Positions 1-19,477 of a stretch of DNA of 64,000 nt are shown in pieces (the first letter of the stretch is position 1; each line of letters starts with the position of its first letter). A model generated the notes under the pieces. It ran no database searches, was not told the DNA's origin, and was given only the letters and a program-made list of their open reading frames with translations. The position numbers and the translations under genes were made by a program. Source of the stretch: Paraspadella gotoi (taxonomy: Eukaryota; Animalia; Chaetognatha); NCBI GenBank assembly GCA_051294375.1, contig CM119266.1, positions 10,869,834-10,933,833 of the forward strand, read 5' to 3'.

Positions 1-23
1 CAAGCTATTGAAAGAGTCATGAG

Positions 24-35
24 TTTGGCGGGAAA
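24..35. promoter_or_regulatory. E2F-type site TTTGGCGGGAAA
   Basis: Exact 12-bp match to the E2F consensus TTTCCCGCCAAA (reverse strand). RFX half-site-like GTTGCTA (39-45) and GGCAAC (103-108) lie nearby. Motif match only; no associated gene visible. Confidence 0.3.
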
Positions 36-242
36 TCGGTTGCTACTTATGTGAAGCATGCAGTCCGCCCTGTAAGTGCTGCGGAATATTTTGCGTCTCT
101 TTGGCAACGCGGAACGAGAAAATTATATAAATAAATAGATGAGCTCCTTCGAAAAAAAAAAATCATGTTTTTTGGGATCTCGATTCAAGGAATCGGCGTT
201 GGCTTTCCTAGGTGTCGCAAAAACATCCAAGAGATTGAGTTC

Positions 243-482
243 GTCGACACCCCCGCCATAGCAGACGACCCGGCCTCTCGTGGTCTTCACCCCCGCCACT
301 CTTGGTGTCGATACCACTGCGTTTCCTTAGTCGAAAACCCCGCCACCTTTGGATCGAAAACTACGCCATACGTACGAGGCTAAAACTCCCTCCCCACCAG
401 ACTGCTCTTTCGACACCCTTTTTCGTCACTCCGCAACCCTTGGTTTAAACCCTCGCCATACTCGATCGACACCCCTGGCACC
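243..482 (+). repeat. Decayed ~22-bp tandem array, consensus approx. TCGA(C/A)ACCCCGCCAY
   Basis: Units such as gtcgacacccccgccata (243), cttcacccccgccact (285), gtcgaaaaccccgccacc (330), atcgaaaactacgccata (353), tttaaaccctcgccata (444) and atcgacacccctggcacc (465), mostly 21-23 bp or multiples apart. Confidence 0.5.
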
Positions 483-930
483 CGAAACCAATCCCAGACG
501 ACCCCTCTCCTCTTCAGCTCCTGGTAATTCTCTTTCCACCTTTGAACTCTCTTTTACACCTTTGCCCCTTCCCTTTCTCACCCCATAACACCGCCCACCA
601 CCNNNNNNNNNNNNNNNNNNNNNNNNNNNNNNNNNNNNNNNNNNNNNNNNNNNNNNNNNNNNNNNNNNNNNNNNNNNNNNNNNNNNNNNNNNNNNNNNNN
701 NNNNNNNNNNNNNNNNNNNNNNNNNNNNNNNNNNNNNNNNNNNNNNNNNNNNNNNNNNNNNNNNNNNNNNNNNNNNNNNNNNNNNNNNNNNNNNNNNNNN
801 NNNNNNNNNNNNNNNNNNNNAGAGAGAGAGAGAGAGAGAGAGAGAGAGCAGAGACGGGAAACGCGTTAATGAGTCGAGCGCAGGTTTGTTGCATAGAGTA
901 AGTTCATAACAAAACAACGTATTCGACCTT

Positions 931-1050
931 GAAGGAAAAAAGAAGGTAAGGTGAGGTAAGCACATTTTTTTTAACAATTTTACTTTTTGGAAAGAAAAAA
1001 AGAAGGTAAGGCGATGTAAGCACATTTTTTTAAACATTTTTTCTTTCCGC
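931..1050 (+). repeat. 60-bp tandem dimer
   Basis: aaaaaagaaggtaagg..gtaagcacattttttt occurs at 931-990 and again at 991-1050. Only one unit is present in the second block copy (~9001-9090). Confidence 0.75.
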
Positions 1051-1530
1051 AGTTTACAAATCTTTGTTGCTTTTTCTTCTGTTTTTTTCCCTTTTCTTTT
1101 CCACAAAAAGAATTTGTTTTTCCTCTCCGTTTTGAATTCGCGAAAAGTGAGAGGAAGGAGGGGTTTTTTCTTTTTTTTTGGGGGGGGCGGCAAGGATAAG
1201 TTCGGTGGATGTTGTCGATACGCCGCAAACATTCAGAGACAGACACGCCCATCGGCAACAACAACTAACAAAAAAAAAATGGGGAAGAAAGTAATCAGTT
1301 TTGTTTTTCCGAAAATAATCTCGTTTGGTTTTTTTTAACGGCAATTTCGTTCTTTTATTCTCTTTTCCATGTGGGACCGGCAAAAACTACTAGGGTTACG
1401 AAAGAAAACGATTATTGTGTGCGTACGAGTCTTTCGTTTTGCCATCTTAGTTTCGAATTTCAGTACTTCTTCGTCGATTTAAGATGTTGTAGCTCGATCG
1501 GGCGGGCGCCACGCCTCCTTTCCGACGCCC

Positions 1531-1600
1531 CGCCTCTCGCCTCTCGCCTCTCGCCTCTCGCCTCTCGCCTTCTCGCCTCTTGCCTCTTCGGCCTCTCGCC
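1531..1600 (+). repeat. (CGCCTCT)n heptamer microsatellite
   Basis: About 10 units read directly; a degraded counterpart is at ~9600-9760. Confidence 0.85.
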
Positions 1601-3529
1601 TGAAGGCCTCTCATTTCCTGACGCCTCCTTTTCACCCGACGTCCCGCACCGAAACTCACATCTTCTCCCCCCCCCCTCGCCGCAGATGGATTCGACGGGG
1701 CGATTCGCCCTCGAGCTCCTCTCGCGAACGCTCCTTCCCACTTCTCGATCCTCCAATCTCTCTCGGCCGGGACGGCTCCAACTAAGCGCCGACTACTACG
1801 AAATGTTTTGGGCGACGAAAAAAAAAAAAAAAAAAATCAAAAAAGCATAACAAACTCGAGCGATTTCCTTGCATCTCACTTTATCATTTTAACCATAGCC
1901 ATACATTTTTGGCCTTCTCCTTACCCATCTCTCCTCCACCCCCTTACCCCCTTCCCTCTTTTCCCCTGCCCATTTCACCATCGATCCCCCCTTCGTCTTT
2001 AAGATTAAGGATATATTTTTTCCATCGAAAACTAATCGGGAAAAACTTTTTGAAAAAAATGATGAGAAGAAAAAAATAAGTTAAATCAAATTAAAAAGGA
2101 TTTGTTGAAAAAAAAAAAAAAAATTCGGGGTTAAATTTCCAGGAAAGATGAGGAAAATCTTCGGGTTTCCCGCCAAGATCGCAGCGATCTCAGAGTCACG
2201 TGATCTCTGACGTGACGTGTGACGCGAAGTATCTAAAAAGATTTCTCTATGATTCATAAGCGATTGTGTGAATTGAGAGAATTATTTAAGTAATTTAGGC
2301 AAATAAATAATTAATTATCCTGATTATAGATTAGAATTTGAAAGCGGAAAACCTAAATGCATGCGAGGAATTTTTTTTTATTATTTATTTTATCTCCACA
2401 AGCATTTTTGAAGTGCAAGATATTACTACTACACAACAACTTCCAGGTTCGACTTCCGTAGTTAAGTGCCCGATGACTCATCGCCGACGTAAAGTCTCAG
2501 GAGTCAACAGAAAACGTAAAAGAAAAAAAAGAAAGAATCAAATAAAGAAAAAAAGATAGTGACGGAATGGGAAGAACGTTGAGTACGAGAAATAAAAACT
2601 ACTGAAAAAAGACAGAGAGAGGAAAAACAATATTGAACAGGAGCATAGACATGAACCAAATCAAAAGATAGAGACAGTTAAGGAAGGGAGGAGAGGGGAA
2701 GGAGATGAGAGAGAGAGAGAGAGATGAGGAGAGAGAGGAGAGAGAGAGAGAGAGAGAGATAATGAGACAAGACAATAGAGAGAGCATCTAAAAAGAGAGC
2801 ATAAAAAGAAAAAAGAACGAGATAACAGACACAATAAAAAAAAAAAATAAAAGTAAGAAGAGAGAAAGAAAAGAAGAAGAAGAGAGACGAGAATCGCATC
2901 GACTGAACCGGTTCTAAGCAAATGGAGCGGAAGGAGACGAGACGAGAGACGGAAAGGTGGAGAGAGAGGGGGGGGGGTGGAAGGGGTGAGAAACGGGGGG
3001 AGTGTGGGTGTTGAAGAGGGTGATCAGTGGCAGGCGTCGAAAAGAGTGATACGAGGAACGACGGGAAGAGGGAAGAATCGAGAGTTGGCAAGCTTGCTTG
3101 GTCGGGGTGAAAAGTGTGAGGAATGAATATTAATCGGAGTGTGCAGACTGCGGCGTTTTTATCGACGCAGAACGCGGGGGGGGGGGCGGGGGGGGCGTGG
3201 AAATCGTAACGGGAGGAGGAATTTTTAAAGGGGGAAAAACGCCGAGATGTACGATCGAGGAGAATCGATAAACCTTTCCGCTCGAATCCAGGTTTTCTTA
3301 CCCGATGAATATTCACCTCCTCGTCCTTCGTCCCGACTTCCTTCACCCCCCCCCAATCCATCGACCCTTTACACCCTCGACCTCGCCGCGAGAACAGGCT
3401 TTGCCTCGGCGAGCCTCGAACGCGCGACCTCGAGATGAAGCGGAGAAGTAGAGAGAGAGAAGAAGAGAGAGAGAGGAGAGAGGAGAAAAAAAAGAATCGG
3501 CTCGACCCGGATCCCTCCGCCGGTGGGAG

Positions 3530-3540
3530 AAGAGAGAGAG

Positions 3541-3597
<57 letters not shown>

Positions 3598-3720
3598 GAG
3601 AGAGCGAGCGAAGCCGATGCGTAGGGCACTCAATTACTCTGCTCTTCTCCCATTCTCTCCTCTTCTCTCTCTCCTCTCTCTCTCTCTCTCTCCTCTCTCT
3701 CCTCGCTCTCCCTCTCTCTT
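3530..3720. repeat. (GA)n - ~50 bp spacer - (TC)n inverted microsatellite pair
   Basis: GA tract 3530-3604, short spacer, TC tract ~3655-3720. The same arrangement is in copy 2 (~11770-11950). Confidence 0.75.
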
Positions 3721-5131
3721 CTCCGCTCTTTCTCTCCGCTATCTTCCGCTTCGACCGCTCTCCCGTTCCACGTACAGCAGCTGTAGCGCCGTCCTACCAA
3801 TCGCTGCACGCCCTCGTCGCGCGCCGAAGCTTTCATCGCGAGCGCTCTCGCGTCTGGCTTCCGTTTCATGGTTTAATGACGTCGAGGTCGCGGGAGGTGG
3901 TTTGGGTGATGTGGGGGGGGGGGTGGAGAAAATTTGGTTGTTAGGTGGGTAAGGTGGTTGGATGGTGGTTATTAGAGGTTGTGAGAGAGAGACTGAGTTG
4001 GGTTTCTGCAACGACTGTTTAGCGATGCGACGAGACGAAAGGGATTTATATCGTCGTAAAATACCCGTTGGTCGGATAAGATTGGTGGTCGGGGGCGAGG
4101 TTTGCTTGGTGGTTGGCGACGAACGTTGCTTGGGCGGGATGCTTGGTTTGGGTGAGGGAATCATTACGTCGGGAAAGTGGAAAGGGTGGGAGGGGTGGGG
4201 GGGGGGAAGCGCGCTTGCAACGAGGGTAAGAACGAGGTGAGAATCATTAGGGCCTCGTTGTAGAGAAAAGAGGATAGAGAGAGAGAGGAGAGAGGGAGCA
4301 GAGAGAAGAGAGACGAGAGACGGAAGGATGGAATACGGGGGGTGGGGACGGTAGCAATGCGTCAGTATCTGGGATTCTGACGAGCGAGATGCGGGACTGG
4401 CGATCTGAGAGAGATGGAACAGATGAGAGAGAGAGGAGCAGATATATAATATTATATAGATAGAGAGAGAGAGAGAACTTTTTTAGTGTATATAGCCAGA
4501 ACAGATGAGAAGAATTTACAATATTCAAAAAGTTTCAAGAAGAAAAAAATCGTGAATAAAGGCGTGTAGTTTAGCGTAATCTGAAAGGGAATAAGGAAAT
4601 AAAGAAACTACATTAAGCTCAAGAAAGCGACTTGAAAAAAAAAATCTAAAAAATCTAAATAGATTTTTGGTATTTTTTTTTCCCGTCACGACTCTGATTT
4701 TGAAACGCGCTCCGATTGGCTGCTGATTGCGAACAACCGAAAATAAATTTCCCTTTTTGAATTTAATTCTTTTTTTTTTTTTTGTCGAAATTGCGGATTT
4801 GATTCGTGGAAGGAAAAAAATTGAATTTAGGCAATTTTATTTTCGGTTTTTTTTTCGTAAATTAAAGGCAAAATAAAAAATATGCAGGTATGTTTAACTG
4901 TGAGTCACGTAACTTAAATGTTAATGAACGTCGTTGCCTGAAGATCGAGTTTACCTTCGTTTATTAAAAAAAACCAAAGAAAACAAGAAAAATCAGAAAA
5001 AAGGAAAAAAAAATAAAAGAGACAAATAGAATCAGATGTTTTTCGACGGAAGAAAATCTCGAGAAAAAGAAAATAAATTGAGAAGATTGAAAACCAATTT
5101 TAGACAAGGGTAGAATGGTGGAAAAGAGATG

Positions 5132-5238
<107 letters not shown>

Positions 5239-5897
5239 GCTATACAAAACTTTTTCCTGTCATTCAAGATACTAAAAATCTCCAGAGAGAGAGAGAGAGA
5301 GAGTGCGAGAAAGAATGTGAACTAGCGAAAGAAAACTCTTGTGAGTAAATCTGGTAACTGGTAAAAAAAAAATTTCACAGGAATAAAGAGAAAATAACAG
5401 AATGATTTATAGCATAATGAAACATCAAGGGAATACGTGAGCTCGAGTTTAAAATTTCAAGTAATTTATGTTTTTCAAAAGTTTTTTTTCGCGTTAAACA
5501 AACAAGTTTATAAAAAAACAAAATATAAAAAAAGGGAAAAAATAAACTTGAAATTTAAAGCAAATTAAAAAAAAAACCGAAATAGTTTCGAATATTGAGC
5601 CTCAATTTGAGGCACATGTCAATTAATTAAATGAAATCAAAATCTATAGAAAAAAACTCGACCAGAGGCAAAAAAACGAGGAAGATAAACTGTATATAAA
5701 AAGATATTTTGATTTCTTTCTCTTTTCATTAAATCAGGTTAGTTTTAACAATGTGTTCCGACACGAGGGAATTTTTTTTTTGTTTTCAATTCCTTTCCCT
5801 TTTGTTTTCGATTCTTGGCGTTTTGTTTTCGCTCGGAGTGGATTGGAAACCTGCAGGGGGCTGAAGAGGGGCGGATCGGCTTACGATGACGACGACG

Positions 5898-5928
<31 letters not shown>

Positions 5929-6361
5929 TCTTCGACAATCAAAATAAAATCAAAATAAAAATCTCAAGGCGGTTGATTCTTTAAATTTAATTTTCTTTTT
6001 CTGTACAATTGTCGGAAACTAAAGTGATGTAAATATTACTTTAAAAATCGTCCAAAACGTCTCGAGTTTAGTACAGTAAAGCCCACGATTAGCGACCAAA
6101 GTAACGCAAACAGCGCCCCCTTCAGAATGGGCGCCCTTGCGACCGGAAACGACGCTGAGACGTTATCGTCTCGACGACGACGACGACGACCTTGGCGACG
6201 AAAAGCGAGACGAAAAAAAATCATTCGGGGTCAAGGTTCAACGACGACGACGACGACGACGACGACGAAGAAGGCGACGGAAAACATTGAGAAAAGTCAT
6301 TTGACAAAAACAAAAAAAAAGATGCAATTTTCCGACTCAGTCTCGTCAGTTTGTTTCTTTC

Positions 6362-6386
6362 NNNNNNNNNNNNNNNNNNNNNNNNN
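6362..6386. other. 25-N assembly gap (one of seven: 6362-6386, 8816-8840, 36169-36193, 40576-40600, 41888-41912, 45744-45768, 57227-57251)
   Basis: Each gap counts exactly 25 N. The flanks of this one are contiguous in the other copy (ttgtttcttc|ctgctcgtcg, 14551-14570). Larger gaps: 603-820, 16227-16439, 47563-47818, 48439-48561, 48744-48988, 52875-53016. Confidence 0.95.
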
Positions 6387-6430
6387 CCTGCTCGTCGCCC
6401 TCACCTCTCTAAGTCGCCTTCTCACTCTCA

Positions 6431-6536
<106 letters not shown>

Positions 6537-8840
6537 TCTTCTCTCTTTCTCTCTTTCTCTCTCTCTCTAAAGTAGATCTCAGCCCCGGCATTTTCCTAGA
6601 GTATTGATCCTTTTAAAACTCCCTCCTTTTCCTCCTACTTATTTTTTTACCGCAAATAACCACTTATTACTCTCTTTATCTTTTCTTTTTACGCTAGCCT
6701 ACCTTCGCTTTCCTCTCCTCTATCTTCCGCCATCTTTATTCTCATCCTTTCCCTTTCCTCCCTTTCCTTCCAGTGGCTTTTTCTCGAGAGTGTTCGCCGG
6801 CGAAAAAACCGAATGCCTTTGCTTCGCCGAGTTTCGGGGTCATTTTCAGGTTTCTGGGTGCGAGCTGAGTGCGAGTGGAGTGCGAACGAAGTGCAGCTGG
6901 TTGGAGAAAAGTAAGACCTTTTTTTTGCCGGTTGTTTTCCCGGATGAAGATTATTACGTTTCATTTCAATTTACTACTGTTGAGATCACAACAGTACAAA
7001 ATTTTATTGCTCATTTTAGCGGGAAATTAATGAAGTTATACAAGAAATCTCTCTCTTTTGAGAGAGAGAGAGAGAGAGAGAGAGAGTGAGAGAGTATCGC
7101 CCTGGCCCGAATTCATTTCATCAGTCCTCTCACAAACGACCCTAAATTGCCAATCAACCGGGACGCCGCGATCGTTGTCGTCGTCGTCGTCGTCATGGTC
7201 GTCGTCGTCGGAGCATTCGCAACATTCGGATGACCGACCACTTCCGCTCTGTGGAGTCGGACTTCCTTCAGTAACAATATACTATGTTAAAGTATACATT
7301 TTCCGTACAATGTTTTAACAATGGCTCTGTTTCTCTCTCTGATTCCGTCCAGCTTTTTTCACTCTTGCTTTTTAAGATATTATTTTGTGGTTCCATCGTT
7401 TTTTTTTCTTTTCCGCTTCCTTTCTAGTCCGCTTCTCCAGTTTTCGCTTTTCTCATATTCCATTATACATTGTATATATATTGTACCTACTTTATTTTCA
7501 TATATTTCGAATTCCACTTCCCGCTTTCCCTACTTCCACTCCCAATTTTTTTACATTTCCACAGCGTCCGCTTCTCCAACTAGTTTCGCTTCCCCTGCTT
7601 CCGCTTCTGGACCAAGGAACAACTTGGTTTTTGCTCAATGACGCGTGAAGACGTCGGGTTCGTCGAAGGGAGGGAGGCGGAAGAGGAAAGGGAGGAAAGG
7701 AAAGAGATATAGTGGGAAGCGGGAGGAGAGAAAAAGGAAAAACTCGCAGGACGGAAGGACTTAAGTCGAGGAAGCAATTAGAGTGGATACAACGAGGCCC
7801 CGGCGATGGGGCGGGGCGCGGACTCGTCGGGGCCCCGAACGAAGGAGGAAAAGAAGTGAAAATGAAGGAAGGAAAAAAAGTGAAAGAAGGAGAGAAAAAA
7901 AATTAAATGGAGGAAAAGAGAGAAAAAAAGGAAAGAAAAAGAAACGAGGAAAGAGATAACATTGACGATCTCGTTCAGGAGGCAGAGATTTGCGGCGTGA
8001 AAGGAAAAAAAAAAAACCGAGGGGAAAGCTCTAAAAATAAACTAGAAGAAGACAGAAAGAGACAGAAAAAAACAGAAAGAAAAAAAAAATATTACGAAAA
8101 ATCGTTTTCATGCAAACGGCCCAATATAATCGCGCCGGGCCGGCGTTGGCAAAGACCGGGACCTCCTTTTGTCTTCGATATGCAAATGAGTTTAGACGAT
8201 GCCTTCTGAGAAATGAAGTCCAGCCTGAAAAAATGCCCCCTCGACGCGTCTGCGAGTTTGTTGAAAGGAAAAAGAAATGGGGGGGGGGAGAGAGAGGAAA
8301 GAGAGGAAAGGAGGAAGGAGGAGGAAAGGAGGCAGAGGGGCGGGATGGATCACGTTGAGATCGGAATCGCCTCCAAGGCCACGCCCATTTTTCGATGGAT
8401 TTTGTTTCTTCCTCCTAAAAATCTTGGAAGGAACTTTGACGAAAAGATTACGGAAACGTGGACCTTGTGATGGAAATACGAGGCTGACTCTATCTCTGTT
8501 TGTCTGTCAGTATCACACCCTCCCAGAAGCCAATTCGGATTTAAATTAGTATTTTTTTACAAATACATATAACCACTTAATGACAAAAAGTAAACTGGTC
8601 TAGATTATCTGAATATATGAATATATATATGAATGCAAAAACAACCTATCAACAACAACAACAACGGAAGCGAGCAACGAGCAACGACTCGCACGACAGC
8701 CTTTGGAATCTGCCATTGATTTTTTCAACTTAATTTTGTTTCCTTTCATTTGCATTTTTTTTTTCATGTTTTCTCCAACCAATCGCCAATAATTCAATCT
8801 CCACACAACTCTTTCNNNNNNNNNNNNNNNNNNNNNNNNN

Positions 8841-15202
<6,362 letters not shown>

Positions 15203-15379
15203 TAAGAGTGAGTTGAAACACCGACATACAAAGTTGCCTTTTTTAATGCGCCCATTAAGGTAGCACTTCGGAGCTAACCGTCGAGGTTTATTTTTTCAAA
15301 TATTGCATGAAAATAAATGGGCAATGGAAAACGCGAATGGCCCATCAAGGGAAAGTTCTTCTACCCTTTTTGACAAGTG

Positions 15380-15431
15380 TTCAAGGCAAGCTTTCAAGAC
15401 AAACTTTCAAAGCTAGCTTTCAAGACAAGCT
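15380..15431 (+). repeat. 13-bp tandem repeat x4 (TTCAAGACAAGCT)
   Basis: ttcaaggcaagct/ttcaagacaaact/ttcaaagctagct/ttcaagacaagct. Confidence 0.8.
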
Positions 15432-16953
15432 TTTTCGAAACATGTACGTTCGATACAATAAAAAATCGTTGTTGTAGACAATTTCAAACGTTTTATACTA
15501 ATTAATAAACACACAAAAAAAAGCCGTATTCCTCGGCCGGTTTCTCTTAAGTTGGACTTGTCAACTCTCCAGGTCGGTCTTGGGCAATGGGCAATTGGGC
15601 ATTGCAGCGTCGACGCCGGCGAGAGGAATCAAGTCGTCGACCGGCGACTTCGTTCTCGGTTTATATCTTTATAGCGAAGGAAGTTTGCGACCTCGTTTGC
15701 TCAACGACGACGACGACGATAAAACGAGAAAAATATTATTAGTTTTATTTCGCTTTGAGGCGACTGCCTTCTTTCGCGAGACGACGCCGATTTTCTTGGC
15801 GAGAGAATGATGGACACTGGAATTTTGTGATAGTGGATGGCATTTTGTGATGACTTCTGCGCTCAGAATGAAAATTCTACTCCACGGGCTCGATTCGTAC
15901 AACGCTCCACCGGACTTGTGAGCTGTTTTCTATTCTTTAATTTTCTTTCTGGTCTCTCTCTCACAATCTCTTTCTCACTTTCTCTCCATCTCTCTCCGAT
16001 TTTTCCCCCCCTTCTCGCCCTCTGCCTACCACGGCCCGTCCGCCATTACCACTCTCGCATCAAAGCTCTCTCCCTTTCCTCGACCACCCAAGCGTGTCAC
16101 GAAGCTTCTCACCCCGTTGTTCTATTGTTAGCGATCGTCGGCCGAAAGACAACTAGCGACACTTAACGTGAAAATAATTTAGTTCCAGGGTCATCAGAGC
16201 CGCAGCCGGGAGGCGAAACAGAGAGANNNNNNNNNNNNNNNNNNNNNNNNNNNNNNNNNNNNNNNNNNNNNNNNNNNNNNNNNNNNNNNNNNNNNNNNNN
16301 NNNNNNNNNNNNNNNNNNNNNNNNNNNNNNNNNNNNNNNNNNNNNNNNNNNNNNNNNNNNNNNNNNNNNNNNNNNNNNNNNNNNNNNNNNNNNNNNNNNN
16401 NNNNNNNNNNNNNNNNNNNNNNNNNNNNNNNNNNNNNNNAAAAGACGAAAGCGAGAAATGGGAAGAAATGGGAGAAGAGAGCGTAAATGGAGTACGAGTC
16501 TCGACTACAGAAGAAAAATAGCAAATAGAACAAAAGAATCGGAGGAGAGAGCAGCCGAAAAAAAAAAGCGCGGAGGAAGATGAAAAAAAAAGGAAAGAGA
16601 AAAAAGAAAAGAAGGGAGAGTGGGGGAGGAAAGGGAGAGAGAAACAAAAGGGAGAGAAAGTGGAGAAAGGGAGAGCGATATTTATATGTAAAACGATAAG
16701 AGACGAAAGGAGGGAAAAAAATTATTAAAAAAAAAGTAAAAAAAAAAGAATAGAAGAAAATAAAAGAAAAAGAGGTAAACGGGAAAGAGTGACGACTATA
16801 GGAGTGAAAAAAAAAGAGTAAGAAAATGGCATAAAAAAATAAAAGAAAAAAAAATGGCGCCGGCCGATCGGCGAAGGCCATTTTTACAAAGAGAACGATA
16901 TACTGGTTCACTCGCGCGCGCAATTTTTTCACTCTTATTTTAACGAAGGGAGA

Positions 16954-16997
<44 letters not shown>

Positions 16998-17608
16998 AAT
17001 GTGAATGACGAGGTAAGAAAAGAAAAGAAGTGAATAAGAATCAAGGCGAGAGTTAATGAGAAACGAGAAAGAATAGAAGCAGGAAGAAAAGAAGGGAGGG
17101 AGAAAGGAAATAAAGGGAGGAAGAAAAAAAAAGGAAAGGATAAAGAAGGAAAGAGTCTCGAATGGGAAAGAAATGGAGAAAGGGAAAAAGGAAATATAAA
17201 AAAAAACTTTGTGCCTCTCAACTTTACGAAGAAAAAGGAGCGAAAGAAAATGTGGAAAAAGACTAATTTCTGTGTATATTTGTAGAAGGAATTCGGGATT
17301 TATGATCCGCGCCCCCTCAACTCTCGACACTGTGGCCGCGCAACCCCGAGAAGCGAGTCGTTCATGCCGTTCTACCCTTAAGACAAATAGGTATCCCCTT
17401 AATTTTTTATCCTCATAGAAATAAGGTTTTTTTAAACTCGTACATTTAAATTGACTTTACTCGTAACTCCATGTTTGTACAGAAATAAATTGCTAGAATT
17501 AACTTCAGTATCAAAGTTTCCATTCAAACTGCTGGGAGATGTGAAACGAACAGAATTTTGGGTACTTTTTATTAGACACAAAAACAGTTGCACACATACA
17601 GATTCTTT

Positions 17609-17708
<100 letters not shown>

Positions 17709-17801
17709 TCTCTCTCAATCCTCCATCCTCCTCCTTCCTTCTCTTCACCCGCCCACCGAACTCGCGTGGACGTTCAACATTTGCAAATCCACCATTCGAC
17801 G

Positions 17802-17961
17802 CTATAAACCCTGATTAGATCAGAGAAGCTTCGACGCGGTGCTGTGTAGGGCGATGCGGCGAGCTCTTATTGGCGCAGAATCGCGAGGAGCCTTTCTCAT
17901 TGGTCGCACTTTCGACTGCGTCCAAGATGGCGGCCCGCATGAATTTTTTTTCCCGCCATTT
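17802..17961. promoter_or_regulatory. Promoter-like island: two ATTGG (CCAAT) boxes 30 bp apart, consensus YY1 site, E2F/YY1 composite
   Basis: CTATAAA 17802-17808; ATTGG 17869 and 17899; CAAGATGGCGGC 17923-17934; TTTCCCGCCATTT 17949-17961. Motif evidence only. Confidence 0.5.
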
Positions 17962-17972
17962 CTCTGCTTCGG

Positions 17973-18036
17973 CTCGCACTTTTCTAAGAAAATGTGGAGG
18001 GATGGAGAGAGAGAGGAGAGAGAGAGAGCGAGAGAG

Positions 18037-18087
<51 letters not shown>

Positions 18088-18144
18088 TAAGGCTGTGATG
18101 AAGGGATTTTAAAATTTCTCGCACTTTTCTAAGAAATGTGGAGG

Positions 18145-18185
<41 letters not shown>

Positions 18186-18280
18186 AGAGAGGAGAGAGAG
18201 AGAGAGGACGTAGCGATGAGGAGAGGAGGAGAAGAGAGAGAGAGACTGATGAAGGAGAATTTTTTAAACATTTCCTTCTC
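17973..18280 (+). repeat. ~145-bp tandem duplication containing a GA tract
   Basis: ctcgcacttttctaagaaa(a)tgtggagggatggagaga at 17973 and 18118, each followed by (GA)n and gatgaagg..ttttaaa. Confidence 0.75.
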
Positions 18281-19136
18281 ACGAAGAAAAAGTCTTTAAG
18301 CAGCGGGAGATTTCGAATGGTCGATAGGCGGACGACGACTCCGCCGCCGCCGCCGACAATGACGACGACAACGTAAGAATAATTCTGAGACCGCGACGAA
18401 ACCGAAGACGGGAAAAAAAACTGCCGCCATTCGCAGCTCACAATTTGTCAGACAGATTTTTTCCTCGATTCTTTGACACTGCTTCGTCGCGTTCAGAGGT
18501 TTAAACAATTTATTCGGTGGAACAACTCATGTCGTGAACAGCGGGGACAAATAGAAAATCTAAATTCAATGGAATATGTAAATCATCTTTTAAAAAGATA
18601 GAAGACTCACAAAAAGCCAAGTCAGCCTATTTATTTAATGAATTATTCAGTTTTCATAGGTTGTTAAAATTCATAAGCATTCAAAAATTGAAAAAAATAA
18701 GAAATCGACCCAAAAAAAATGTTACAATCGCCTCGGAAAATCTCTAGCAAACTTGAAAAAAAAAATAGTCGTACGCGTAACGGCCTCCGCTCGAATTTAC
18801 GACTTAGGCTTGCCTTACCACGGGGTACTTACATATTGAGTACAGAGAGTTTCGAGTCCTCCGCCCCCTAAGATCTTGTTCCAGTTCCTCACCTCCGCGG
18901 AAAGAAATGAGGCATAAATTTCTAAACCGAAAAAAAAGTAGGAAGCGGTGGCTCGGCGGTGGCGGCGGCGCGGCGGCGGTCGCGGCGGCTGGCGACGGCG
19001 GCGGGGCAAGAGCGGCGGCTGTTCACCTCGGTTCAAACTTTCAGACTTTCAGTTTTTATTTCCGCGAGAGCGGATGGAAAAAAATTGAAACAAACTGGGT
19101 GAAAGAGAGGGAGAGAGAGAGAGAGAGAGAGAGAGA

Positions 19137-19191
<55 letters not shown>

Positions 19192-19425
19192 CTTGTAGAA
19201 ATTGCTACATCTTCAACTAAAATGATGAAGGTAATAGCGATAAGCATGATTACATCATACAAGTTGACGAGTTTTCGTGTGTATGCAATGTGTATGTAAG
19301 ATAGAGAGAGAGAGAAAAGTGTGAGAGATGGGAGGAGAGACGTTATCGCCGTTCCACCTTTCCTGCCGCGAAAGGAAACTTGTTCGTTTAAATCGGTCTG
19401 AGTTAGAGATAGGCGAAGAGGAGAG

Positions 19426-19477
<52 letters not shown>

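Noticed and set aside
4152-4167. gtgagggaatcattac resembling the 18S/ITS1 boundary GGAAGGATCATTA
   Set aside because: Imperfect short match with no 18S sequence upstream; not rDNA.
5599-5613. Perfect palindrome GCCTCAA-T-TTGAGGC (also 13784-13798)
   Set aside because: 7-bp arms are expected by chance in a window of this size, and there is no supporting context.
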